From Gammaproteobacteria bacterium (GTDB taxonomy: Bacteria; Pseudomonadota; Gammaproteobacteria; Steroidobacterales; Steroidobacteraceae), in NCBI GenBank assembly GCA_025359205.1, contig JANYHD010000039.1, forward strand, positions 80,292 through 144,291: a stretch of DNA of 64,000 nt. Direction: 5' to 3'. A program made the position numbers and the translations under genes. Each line of letters opens with the position of its first letter. The stretch's first letter is position 1. The notes under the pieces were generated by a model. That model did not search any database. It had not been told where the DNA came from and saw only the letters and a program-made list of their open reading frames with translations. Shown in pieces: positions 9,036 through 17,926 of the stretch.

Positions 9036-10553
9036 TCAGCCTGCGAGGAAAGTACGGTAAGCGGGATTCGCGGTTTCGTCGGTGTAGGGGTAACCCAGCT
9101 CGCGCAGGTGCCCGAGGAACAACTCTCGGTCGGTGCGTGGCACCTGGATGCCGGCCAGCACGCGCCCGCTGTCCGAGCCATGATTGCGATAGTGGAACAG
9201 CGAGATGTTCCAGTTCGTGCCGATCGCCTGCAGGAAGCCGAGCAGCGCGCCCGGGCGCTCAGGAAATTCAAAGCGGAACAGCATTTCATCTGCGACGCCA
9301 CTGCCCTTGCCGCCCACCATGAAGCGCACGTGGAGCTTGGCCATCTCGTTCGCGCTCATGTCGACCACGCCGTAGCCGGCGGCGCGCAACCGCGCCACCA
9401 CCGCCGCGCATTTTTCCTGGCCTTCGCGCAGCCCGAAGCCCACGAACAGCTGCGCACGCTCCGCACCCTGGTAGCGGTAATTGAACTCCGTGACGCTGTG
9501 CTGGCCGAGAGCGCCACAGAACTTGAGGAAGCTCCCGGGCTGCTCCGGCACTTCGACCGCCAGCAGCGCCTCGCGGCCGGCGCCGATATCCGCACGCTCG
9601 GCGATGTAGCGCAGCCGGTCGAAATTCAGGTTGGCGCCGCTGCTGATCGCGACGTAGCGCTGGCCCGCAGGCGCGCCGCGCGCCACATAGCGCTTCACGC
9701 CCGCGACCGCCAGCGCACCGGCCGGCTCGAGCACCGCGCGCGTGTCTTCAAACACATCCTGGATGGCCGCACAGATCTCGTCGGTGTTCACCAGGATCAC
9801 TTCGTCGACGTAGCGGCGCGCCAGCGCGAAAGTCTCCTCGCCCACGCGGCGCACCGCCACGCCATCGGCGAACAACCCGACACGCTCGAGCGTGACGCGC
9901 TGGCCAGCGCGCAGCGACTCGTACATCGCCGCGGCGTCCTCAGGCTCGACGCCGATGATGCGCACGCGCGGGTGGAGTTGCTTGACGTAGGCTGCGATGC
10001 CGGCGATCAGTCCACCGCCGCCGACCGGCACGAAGATCGCGTCGAGCTCGCCGCCGGTCTGGCGGATGATCTCGACGCCGATCGTGCCTTGGCCGGCGAT
10101 CACGTCCGGATCATCGAAGGGATGCACGAACGCCAGGTTCTGCTCGCGCGCAATGACCAGCGCATGCTCGAAGGCCGCATCGAAGATGTCGCCGTGCAAC
10201 ACCACTTCGCCGCCAAGGTCGGCCACCGCGCGCACCTTGATGTCGGGCGTGGTGCAAGGCATGACGATCACCGCGCGTACCTGGCGCTTGCGCGCCGCGA
10301 GTGCCACGCCCTGGGCGTGATTGCCGGCCGAAGCGGTGATCACGCCGCGCGCCGCCACGCTCGCGCCCAGGTGCGCGATCTTGTTGTAGGCGCCGCGCAG
10401 CTTGAAGGAAAACACCGGCTGCAGGTCTTCGCGCTTGAGCCGCAGCTCATGGCCCAGGCGCTGCGACAGGCGCGGCGCGTGATCGAGCGGCGACTCGATC
10501 GCCACTTCGTACACTCGGGCCGTCAGAATCCGCTGCAGGTAGTCGTCGCTCAT
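9036..10553 (-). CDS. ilvA: biosynthetic threonine ammonia-lyase (threonine dehydratase)
   Basis: 505 aa. PLP-lysine motif FSFKLRGAYN, GGGGLIAG loop, and two C-terminal ACT-like regulatory repeats. Confidence 0.95.
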   Translation of the reverse strand: MSDDYLQRILTARVYEVAIESPLDHAPRLSQRLGHELRLKREDLQPVFSFKLRGAYNKIAHLGASVAARGVITASAGNHAQGVALAARKRQVRAVIVMPCTTPDIKVRAVADLGGEVVLHGDIFDAAFEHALVIAREQNLAFVHPFDDPDVIAGQGTIGVEIIRQTGGELDAIFVPVGGGGLIAGIAAYVKQLHPRVRIIGVEPEDAAAMYESLRAGQRVTLERVGLFADGVAVRRVGEETFALARRYVDEVILVNTDEICAAIQDVFEDTRAVLEPAGALAVAGVKRYVARGAPAGQRYVAISSGANLNFDRLRYIAERADIGAGREALLAVEVPEQPGSFLKFCGALGQHSVTEFNYRYQGAERAQLFVGFGLREGQEKCAAVVARLRAAGYGVVDMSANEMAKLHVRFMVGGKGSGVADEMLFRFEFPERPGALLGFLQAIGTNWNISLFHYRNHGSDSGRVLAGIQVPRTDRELFLGHLRELGYPYTDETANPAYRTFLAG

Positions 10554-10590
10554 GAGGCGAAGCTTAAGGCATCGGCGCCGTGCCGTGCTC

Positions 10591-11892
10591 CTACTTGAGC
10601 AGGAAGCGGAAGGTCGTCTTGCCGAAGGTCACCAGGTCGCCGGGGTTGAGCTGGCGGCGCGCGACGCGCACGTTGTTCACGAACACGCCGTTGGTGCTGT
10701 CCAGGTCCTCGACCGTGGTGCCGCCCGCGGCGTTCAGCACCACGGCGTGGTGGCGGCTGATGTAGTCGGCGTCGATGCGCAGGTCATTGTCGGGCGTGCG
10801 ACCGACCGTGGTGCGGTGACCGAGCGCGTGCACGATGCCTTCATCCCCTTCGGTACGCACCAGGATGCGCTCGCGCGTGTCGGGTGTCGGCTCGCTACTC
10901 TCGAGGCGCGCCTGGCGCGCCGCCAGCTGCGCCAGCTCGCCCTCGCGACTGCGGATCAGGTCCTCGGCGGCCGCGAGGTCACCGCGCAAGGTCTCGTTGG
11001 CTGATTCCACGGTGCGCAGCTGCTCGCGTATCGTGTTCGCGACAGCCGTATGGTCGGCGAGATCGGCGTCGAGCAGTGCCACATGCCGTTGCGCCACCAG
11101 CGCCGCTGCCTGCGCCTCGTCAAGTTCCGCACGCGCGCGCCGCAACCCGGCCTCGAGCTCGTCCGCGCGTGTGAGCGCCGCCGCGCCATCCGTGATCAGC
11201 TGCTGCGTGTGTGCGTGGACCTGCTGGTCCTGCTGCGTCAGGCGCTGCTCCAGCGCTCGCTGCTGCTCGCGCTGTGCGGTCAGCTGCGCGGAAAGTTCGT
11301 CGGCCAGCTGTTCGCGCTCGCGCAGCATCGAATCGAAGATGTAGCGACGCCCTTCGGCGTGCCGCAGCGTTTCCTCGTGGCGCGTGACGCGGCGCTGCAA
11401 TTCGGCGAGGTCGGCCTGGCTGCGCTCCAGCGCCGCTTCCTGTCCGCCAGTTGCGCGCTGCACCTGCACCGGCGCCGGCGCCTGCGCGGACTGCGCAGCT
11501 TCCTGCTGTGCGCGTTGCTGCGTGAGCGCGGCCAGTTCCGCCTGCGACTGCTGCAGCTGCCTGCGCAGCTGCTCGCGCTGCGCGTCGCTCACGCGCAATT
11601 GCTCCGACTGCTCGCGCAGGCGTTGTTCGAGCTGCTGCAGGTTGGCGGTCGCAGCCGCCAGGTTGGCTTCGAGCTGCCGCCGGCTGCCGGTGACGGAGGC
11701 GAGGCTCGCACGCAGGCTGTCGATTTCCTCCTGGTGCGAGCGCAGCACGTCATCGAGCGGCGTAGCGCCCGGGACCTGCGGCACGGCCCAGGTGTCGGTG
11801 CCGGAGGAATCGGCGCCTGCGAGGCCAGGCATCTCCGCCGTGTCGTCCGGATCCGGAGGTGTGTGCAATGATCGGCGCTTATCGGTGCTCAT
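10591..11892 (-). CDS. FHA-domain protein with long Gln/Glu/Arg-rich coiled coil
   Basis: C-terminal FHA signature GRTPDNDLRIDADYISRHHAVV...STNGVFVNNVRV. The N-terminal ~330 aa are heptad-like and Q/E/A/L/R-rich. Confidence 0.85.
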   Translation of the reverse strand: MSTDKRRSLHTPPDPDDTAEMPGLAGADSSGTDTWAVPQVPGATPLDDVLRSHQEEIDSLRASLASVTGSRRQLEANLAAATANLQQLEQRLREQSEQLRVSDAQREQLRRQLQQSQAELAALTQQRAQQEAAQSAQAPAPVQVQRATGGQEAALERSQADLAELQRRVTRHEETLRHAEGRRYIFDSMLREREQLADELSAQLTAQREQQRALEQRLTQQDQQVHAHTQQLITDGAAALTRADELEAGLRRARAELDEAQAAALVAQRHVALLDADLADHTAVANTIREQLRTVESANETLRGDLAAAEDLIRSREGELAQLAARQARLESSEPTPDTRERILVRTEGDEGIVHALGHRTTVGRTPDNDLRIDADYISRHHAVVLNAAGGTTVEDLDSTNGVFVNNVRVARRQLNPGDLVTFGKTTFRFLLK

Positions 11893-11961
11893 GGCGCTTT
11901 CCAGTCTACGCGAAGCTCCGCCGGCCGGAATTGCCGCCGGTGCAAACTGCGATCTGCATGC

Positions 11962-12516
11962 TCATGCAGGCTTGGCGGCGCCGAAAAGCCCAATTAAGTC
12001 ATGCAGCTGTGCCGCCACTGCCTGGGCTGAGAGAGTCGCCTCGGCGGCCTGCGCCAGGCTCACTTCGCGCACCTCGAGGCCCTGCTGGCGCAAGCTATCG
12101 AGCGCGCGCGGCGGCGCCGCAGAGCAGGCCACGCGGCGCAGCAGTGCGCCCGGACGCAAGGCGGCCAGCGCCACGGCGACCTCCGCACCCTCGGCCTGCG
12201 CCAGCACGTCCACGCGCCGCTGACGCAACGAGTCGAGCAGATCAAGCAGCGCGAGCGCGTACTGTTCGTTACCGGATGGACCGATCGGGGCATCGGATTG
12301 GCCGTAGCCCGGCAGATCGGGCGCGTAGATCGAGCGATCGGCGCCCAGTGGCCCCAGCAATGGCTGAAAGAATCGTCCCTCGCCGGCCGCGCCCGGAATG
12401 CACAGCAGCGCCGTGGCCTCGTCGAAGCCCCCGCCCGGTGGAATCGCCTGGTGCACGTGCAGCTGCCCGTAGCGGCAGTCAAAATAAGTGCGCCGCAGCC
12501 GCGCCGCAGGCCTCAC
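11962..12516 (-). CDS. truncated, nucleophile-less alpha/beta-hydrolase-fold protein
   Basis: N-terminal half of the fold is present (CIPGAAGEGRFFQPL..APDLPGYGQSD). The nucleophile elbow reads VLAQAEGAEVA instead of GxSxG, and the protein ends after 184 aa. GTG start with a GTGA overlap to the upstream gene. Confidence 0.6.
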   Translation of the reverse strand: MRPAARLRRTYFDCRYGQLHVHQAIPPGGGFDEATALLCIPGAAGEGRFFQPLLGPLGADRSIYAPDLPGYGQSDAPIGPSGNEQYALALLDLLDSLRQRRVDVLAQAEGAEVAVALAALRPGALLRRVACSAAPPRALDSLRQQGLEVREVSLAQAAEATLSAQAVAAQLHDLIGLFGAAKPA

Positions 12517-12887
12517 TGGCGATCACCGCAGTCGGCGTGCAGGCGGTGCAGAAAGCGGTGCACGAGCGGCGCGGCAATGACGCCAGCGATCGCCAGCACC
12601 GCGATGCCGGAGAACAGCGCATAGCTGCCGGCGAAGATCTTGCCGGCGGTGGTGCCCGGCGAGGCCAGCGGTCCCATGCCCGAGAGGATCATCGCTGCAT
12701 TCTCGTAGGAGTCGATCCACGACAGGCCGACGAGATAGTGATACCCAAGCATGCCCGCGTACAGCGCGACGACGATGAACACCAACCCGATGCCGATGCT
12801 GCGCAATTGCCGGCGCAGATAATCGGGAAACCGCGCGACCGGCTGCGAAATGTGTTCGTACCCTGCTGCATTCTTTCTTGCTGCCAT
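12513..12887 (-). CDS. small integral membrane protein (3 predicted helices)
   Basis: Start placed at MAARKNAAGY (ATG 12887) because the longer ORF (to 13100) would overlap the divergent Omp85 gene. Hydrophobic helices IGIGLVFIVVALYAGML and FAGSYALFSGIAVLAIAGVIAAPLV. Confidence 0.6.
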   Translation of the reverse strand: MAARKNAAGYEHISQPVARFPDYLRRQLRSIGIGLVFIVVALYAGMLGYHYLVGLSWIDSYENAAMILSGMGPLASPGTTAGKIFAGSYALFSGIAVLAIAGVIAAPLVHRFLHRLHADCGDRQ

Positions 12888-12999
12888 GACCTGCGACAAC
12901 TCTCCGCGGCGCTGCGCCGATGGCAAATCATAGGCCAAGCGGCGCAACCGATGTAGTTTGATTGACGCTGGCTCCCGCACAATGGTCACATAGCCGGCA

Positions 13000-14673
13000 A
13001 TGGGAATTTCGCGCGCGCCGTTGTTCGCCGTGTCGTTGCTGCTGGCCGCCGGCGCCGCAGCTGCGCTGGTGCCCGGTGCGCCCGACTTCGCCACGGTCAA
13101 GGATCACTCCGTACTTCCGGACGACGCGGCGCTCGAAGCCGCCGGCGCGCGCATCGGCCAGATCACCATCCGCAGCGCCGAGATCTTCGATCTCAGTGAT
13201 CCGCGCGAGAACCGGAGCCTCTACCGCGTCGCCAACCGCTGGCACATCAACACGCGCGCGGGAGTGATCCGCGCGCAGCTGCTGTTCCGCAGCGGCGAAC
13301 CCTACCGCCACCGGCTGCTGGAAGAGACCGAGCGCAAGCTGCGGCAGCTGAATTTCCTGCGCGAACCGCGCATCCGCCCGCTTGGGTACCACGACGGCGT
13401 GGTCGACATCCTGGTCGAGACTCACGATGTGTGGACACTTCAGCTCGGCCCGAGCTACGGGCGGCGCGGTGGCAAGAACGACACCTCGCTGGAGTTCCAG
13501 GACCACAACCTGCTCGGCTTCGGCAAGACTCTGATCGCCGGCAGCAGCCAGGGAGTGGACCGCAATTCCACCTATTTTGAATGGCGTGACCCTGCCGTGT
13601 TCGGCGGCCGCTGGATCGACTCGCTGCGCTGGGCCAACAACAGTGACGGCCGCGACTGGCGCGTGCAGCTGGCGCGTCCTTTCTACGCGCTCGATGTGCG
13701 CTACGCGGCCGGCCTGACGCTGGCGGACAGCAAGGGCGAGGACACGCGCTACCTGCTGGGCAGCGAATACGACCGCTATCAGCACTCGGCACGGCTGCTG
13801 GACGTTTTGGCAGGCTGGTCGGCGGGCCTGCGCGCCGGCCATGTGCTGCGCCTCTCCGCCGGCTGGCGTGAGGAACGCGATGCCTTCGGCGCGCTCTATG
13901 CGGGCGCACCGCCGCTGCCCGTCACGCTGGCGCCGCTCCCCGCCGATCGCGATCTCGTCTATCCCTATGTGCGCGCCGAATGGCTCACGGACCAGTTCCA
14001 CACCACCCGCAATCAGGACCTCATCGCGCGTACCGAGGACCTGACTTTTGGACTGGCCGCTACGCTGCAGCTGGGCCTCGCGAGCCCGGCATTCGGTGCG
14101 GATCGCCGCGCCTGGGTATTTGCGGCGCGCGCCGACTATGGCTGGGAACTGTCCAGCCGCCAGCAGCTATACGCCGGCGCCGGACTGAGCGGCCGTAGCG
14201 AACAGCGCGGCGCTGTCGATCGGCGCACCAGCGCCGACCTCGCCTGGTACTGGCGCACCTCGCGCCGCACGCTCACCCACGTGCGGATCAGCGGCGATGC
14301 CGGGCACGCGCTCGACCTCGATCACTATTACCAACTGGGCGGCGACAATGGCCTGCGCGGCTATCCGCTGCGCTACCAGTTGGGCGATGCACGCGCCCAG
14401 CTCAAGATCGAGGAACGCGTCTACACCGACTGGTCGCTGTGGCGCCTGTTCAATATCGGCGGCGCTGCATTCTTCGACGCCGGCCGCACGTACGGCAGCA
14501 ATCCCATTGGCGTGCCGCAGCTGGGCTGGCTGCGCGATGTGGGCATCGGGCTGCGCCTCGGCAACGATCGCTCGTCGCTCGGCAACGTCATCCACATCGA
14601 CCTGGCCACGCCGCTCAATGGCGAGCATCTCAGCCGGCTGCAGTTCCTGGTGAGTACCGAAGCGACCCTCTGA
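13000..14673 (+). CDS. Omp85/BamA-family outer-membrane protein (POTRA + surface-antigen beta-barrel)
   Basis: Signal peptide MGISRAPLFAVSLLLAAGAAAA, a POTRA-like N-terminus, alternating beta-strand pattern, and C-terminal ..LQFLVSTEATL. Confidence 0.8.
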   Translation: MGISRAPLFAVSLLLAAGAAAALVPGAPDFATVKDHSVLPDDAALEAAGARIGQITIRSAEIFDLSDPRENRSLYRVANRWHINTRAGVIRAQLLFRSGEPYRHRLLEETERKLRQLNFLREPRIRPLGYHDGVVDILVETHDVWTLQLGPSYGRRGGKNDTSLEFQDHNLLGFGKTLIAGSSQGVDRNSTYFEWRDPAVFGGRWIDSLRWANNSDGRDWRVQLARPFYALDVRYAAGLTLADSKGEDTRYLLGSEYDRYQHSARLLDVLAGWSAGLRAGHVLRLSAGWREERDAFGALYAGAPPLPVTLAPLPADRDLVYPYVRAEWLTDQFHTTRNQDLIARTEDLTFGLAATLQLGLASPAFGADRRAWVFAARADYGWELSSRQQLYAGAGLSGRSEQRGAVDRRTSADLAWYWRTSRRTLTHVRISGDAGHALDLDHYYQLGGDNGLRGYPLRYQLGDARAQLKIEERVYTDWSLWRLFNIGGAAFFDAGRTYGSNPIGVPQLGWLRDVGIGLRLGNDRSSLGNVIHIDLATPLNGEHLSRLQFLVSTEATL

Positions 14674-14678
14674 TCACT

Positions 14679-14716
14679 GCTGCGACTGCAGGCTGAAGCT
14701 GCGACCGCAGGCTGAA
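14679..14716. repeat. 19-bp tandem direct repeat x2 (GCTGCGAC[T/C]GCAGGCTGAA) between convergent genes
   Basis: Read directly: 14679-14697 and 14698-14716 differ at one base. Each copy contains the CTGCAG-type half-palindrome. Confidence 0.9.
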
Positions 14717-14725
14717 ATCGCCTCG

Positions 14726-17700
14726 CTAGGTACTGTGCGCCGCGGCCACCCATCGCCGCCACTGCCGCACGTCATTCAGGTCGCGCACGGCCGCCACCGG
14801 CGAGTCGAGCAACGCGGCGCTCTGCCTGAGCAGCTCCGCGGCATGCGCAGGTTCGGTCAGCGCCTGCGCGTACAGCGCACTTGCCAGGTCTACCGGCACC
14901 CACTGATCGCCGTGGTTCTTCGCCGCCAGCTCGCGGCGGAACTGCACAACGGGCCTGATCAGGTTCGCCGCTTCCGCCAGTCTTCCCTGTCGCGCTACGG
15001 CCATCGCCAGCCAGGTGGTTACCTCGCCGAGGTCGCGCCGATCCGGTATGGCCTGCGTGCCCCAGATCTTGCGCGAGGACAGCGCCGCGCGCATGGCCCT
15101 CTCGGCGGCGGCATAGTCACCCTGCCCGTAGGCGGCGCGACCGGCTATGAACTGGGCAAAGTACAGATTGCCGTAGGTCTGCGAAATCTCGAAGCTCCCG
15201 CTTGGCTTGATGCTGTGGAATTCGCGCTCGGCATCTTCTGCGGATCGGCGCGCGCCGGCGAAATCCCCGCGTTCCAGTGCAATCACCGCCGCGCCGACCT
15301 GGCCAAGCGCCGTGGTGATCACCAGCGATATGCCCTCTGGCCGGGCCTGCTTGCGCAGTTTCTCCAGGTAGAGCCCGCCGCTGGCCAGCGTCGATTCCGC
15401 TCCTGCCAAATCGGCCAGCTGCGCTTGCCGGAATGCTGTGCCGAGCACATCAAATGCCCGGATCATGAAGAACCCCGAACCGCCTACTGTGGCGTGACCA
15501 TAGTCTTCGAGTGAAGTCTGGTAGGCCGCAATCGCCTCGCGGAGCCTGCCGGCCGCCCAGTACGCATCACCCAGGGTCTGCCGTGCGACGCCAAGATTGT
15601 TCATGCTCGTGGTGCTGTCGGGGTCGAGTTTCAGCAGCGTCACCGATACCTGTTCGCCGCGCTGCTGGACGCGCACGGCCTCCAGCGGATTCAGGTCGTT
15701 CTGGGCGACGCTGGCCAGGCCACTCAATATGACCTGCTGCGCGTGCAGCGCGATGCGGTAACCGGGCCGCTGTTCGAGCACCTTGTCGCCGAGCGCCACG
15801 GCAGCTTCGCCGAATTGCCTGGCCTGCTCGTTGCGACCAAGGTTGATGAGCCCGCCCACCAGCCAGGCGCCTGCCTCCGCGTGGAAGGCCGCCATGTTCA
15901 GGTCGCGCAGATCCAGTGCGCCCAGCTCTTCGGCATAGTGCTGCGCCTTGCTGGCCGTGCGCACGGCGTCCTCGTTCTGCAGGCCGGCCCACTGTTCGTA
16001 GCTCTTCCGCACCAGCACTTCGACGTAGGCACGGCGTGCCGCCGCGGATGCGTCGGGCATCTCCGCGAGCGGCCGCAACAGTTCCGCGGCACGGCTCCCG
16101 GCAAGCGGGCCGCCGGGATCGTTGCTGTTGTCGAGTACCTGGGCCCTGGCCGTGTTGGCCAGCGCCAGCGCAATGATCGTGGCCTCCGATTCGTCACCGG
16201 CGGCCCGTTGCTGTTCAAGCAGGCCGATCGCCTCGTTGGCACTGGCGCCCGCGGCGCGCAGATCGCCGAGCACGCGTTTCGCGCGCGCGTAGTGCACCAT
16301 CGCCAGCGCGCCGTTGCGAACCGTCTCCGGTCCCTTAAGCGCCTGCGGCAACCCATGGAAATAGTCGATCTGGCGCTGGGTGAATTCGGCCACCACATTG
16401 AGGCGGCCGAAGCTCTCGAGCTCGCGCACAAAATCGTCGGTGAGGTACCCCAGCAGGTGCTCGGAACCCGCGCGCGCCTGTTCGGCCACCTGTTCGGCGC
16501 GATGCGCCCGCTGGCGGCTCAGATAGGCGATGCCCGCCGCCACGATCGCGCCGGCAGCCAGCAGTACGCACACCGCAGCTACCTGGCGGGCGCGCACCAG
16601 CGCGCGACGTGCAGACTGCTCGCGCGCGCGCTGCTCCGCCAGCATGCGCTCGGTGGCCTCGCGTGCCTCACGCTCCTTGCGCTGGTCGCGGCTGCTCATC
16701 ACCACGCTGCACAGCACGTCGTGCGTGAGCTCGACGCGGCGCGCATCCAGCCGCTCCTCGATGCGCAGCAGGCGGCGATTGACCAGCAGCGCCACCGTAC
16801 CAGGCACGGCTCCGGCAGCGGCAAAGTCGCCGGCCAGGCGCTCTTCGGCAATGTTCTCGCGGTAACCCGAGGCCGTCAGCAACTCGTCCTCGATGATGCG
16901 CCGCACGGCTGCGGGCTGGTCGGCCAGCGCGCGTTCGTAAAAATTGCTGAGGATCGAAGCGTGCGAGCCTGCCAGCAGGTCAAGGGAAATTTCGCTGCGG
17001 ACCTGCGCGATGCGCGCGTCGTTGAGCTCGCGGCAGATCAGGCTGAGGAGCGAGGGTTCGACCTCGGCGTTGGCCAGCTCCGCGCCGCCGGCCACGAAGC
17101 GCACGATGGCTCCAGCCACCTCCTCGGACACCAGTCCCTTGCCCGGCCGCATGACCGCGGTCAGGGCCTGTACGCCCGTCATGGGCGCGAGACGCAAGCG
17201 ATTCTGCGTGATGCTGGGCATCGCCGCCTTCAGGCCCTCGAGCGGCGCCAGGTAATCCTCGCGCAGCGCAATCAGCACGCGATAGTCGCCGCGCGCAAAA
17301 TCAAAGCGCTCGGCCAGGGTATCGTCCGCCTCCAGCCGCTGCTCCACCGCCTTGGGCGCGCGGTTCTCGACGAGGTCGGCCAGGTCCGCGATAAAGGTCG
17401 CGGCCCGCGCGCGGCCGAAATCATCGCTCTGCGCCAGCGTGAAGATTTCCTCGAACTGGTCGAAGATCAGCAGCGGAATGAGCGTCTTGCCCACCTCGTC
17501 GCGCAGCACGTCGTCGCGATGATGCAGGTATTCCCACAGCGATTCGCCCGCAGCCGCCACGCCGACTCGCGTCCACTCGCCGGCGCGGCGCGCGCTGCGC
17601 GCGATCGCCTGCTTGATCTGCTCGGCTGGCTCCGGCGCGTCACGGCCGTAGTCGACGCGCACGTACACCGGGCAATAGCCCTGTTCGCGCAGGCGCGGCA

Positions 17701-17926
17701 CCAGGCCAGCGCGCAGTGTCGAGGTCTTGCCCAGGCCCGACTGGCCGAACAGCACCGTCAGGAGCTTGCGCTGCACGCGGCGCGCGAGCTCGGCCACTTC
17801 CTCGTCACGGCCGTAGAAATAGGCGCGGGTTTCCTCGGTGAACGAGGCCAGGCCCAGCCACGGATTGCGCTCGTCGATCGTCGGTTCGCCCGCATCGGCG
17901 GCGGGAATGGCCGGCAACGCGTTCAT
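14726..17926 (-). CDS. nSTAND-type P-loop NTPase with hydrophobic helix and C-terminal TPR-like repeat domain
   Basis: ATG 17926 overlaps the upstream stop (ATGA). Motifs: FYGRDEEV..LFGQSGLGKTS (Walker A, nt 17720-17746), LLIFDQFEE (Walker B, 17447-17473) and VELTHDVL. These are followed by a charged coiled coil, the helix VAAVCVLLAAGAIVAAGIAYL (16520-16582), and ~590 aa of Ala/Leu-rich TPR-like repeats. The ORF is open to 18127, but that extension overlaps the upstream gene. Confidence 0.8.
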   Translation of the reverse strand: MNALPAIPAADAGEPTIDERNPWLGLASFTEETRAYFYGRDEEVAELARRVQRKLLTVLFGQSGLGKTSTLRAGLVPRLREQGYCPVYVRVDYGRDAPEPAEQIKQAIARSARRAGEWTRVGVAAAGESLWEYLHHRDDVLRDEVGKTLIPLLIFDQFEEIFTLAQSDDFGRARAATFIADLADLVENRAPKAVEQRLEADDTLAERFDFARGDYRVLIALREDYLAPLEGLKAAMPSITQNRLRLAPMTGVQALTAVMRPGKGLVSEEVAGAIVRFVAGGAELANAEVEPSLLSLICRELNDARIAQVRSEISLDLLAGSHASILSNFYERALADQPAAVRRIIEDELLTASGYRENIAEERLAGDFAAAGAVPGTVALLVNRRLLRIEERLDARRVELTHDVLCSVVMSSRDQRKEREAREATERMLAEQRAREQSARRALVRARQVAAVCVLLAAGAIVAAGIAYLSRQRAHRAEQVAEQARAGSEHLLGYLTDDFVRELESFGRLNVVAEFTQRQIDYFHGLPQALKGPETVRNGALAMVHYARAKRVLGDLRAAGASANEAIGLLEQQRAAGDESEATIIALALANTARAQVLDNSNDPGGPLAGSRAAELLRPLAEMPDASAAARRAYVEVLVRKSYEQWAGLQNEDAVRTASKAQHYAEELGALDLRDLNMAAFHAEAGAWLVGGLINLGRNEQARQFGEAAVALGDKVLEQRPGYRIALHAQQVILSGLASVAQNDLNPLEAVRVQQRGEQVSVTLLKLDPDSTTSMNNLGVARQTLGDAYWAAGRLREAIAAYQTSLEDYGHATVGGSGFFMIRAFDVLGTAFRQAQLADLAGAESTLASGGLYLEKLRKQARPEGISLVITTALGQVGAAVIALERGDFAGARRSAEDAEREFHSIKPSGSFEISQTYGNLYFAQFIAGRAAYGQGDYAAAERAMRAALSSRKIWGTQAIPDRRDLGEVTTWLAMAVARQGRLAEAANLIRPVVQFRRELAAKNHGDQWVPVDLASALYAQALTEPAHAAELLRQSAALLDSPVAAVRDLNDVRQWRRWVAAAHST

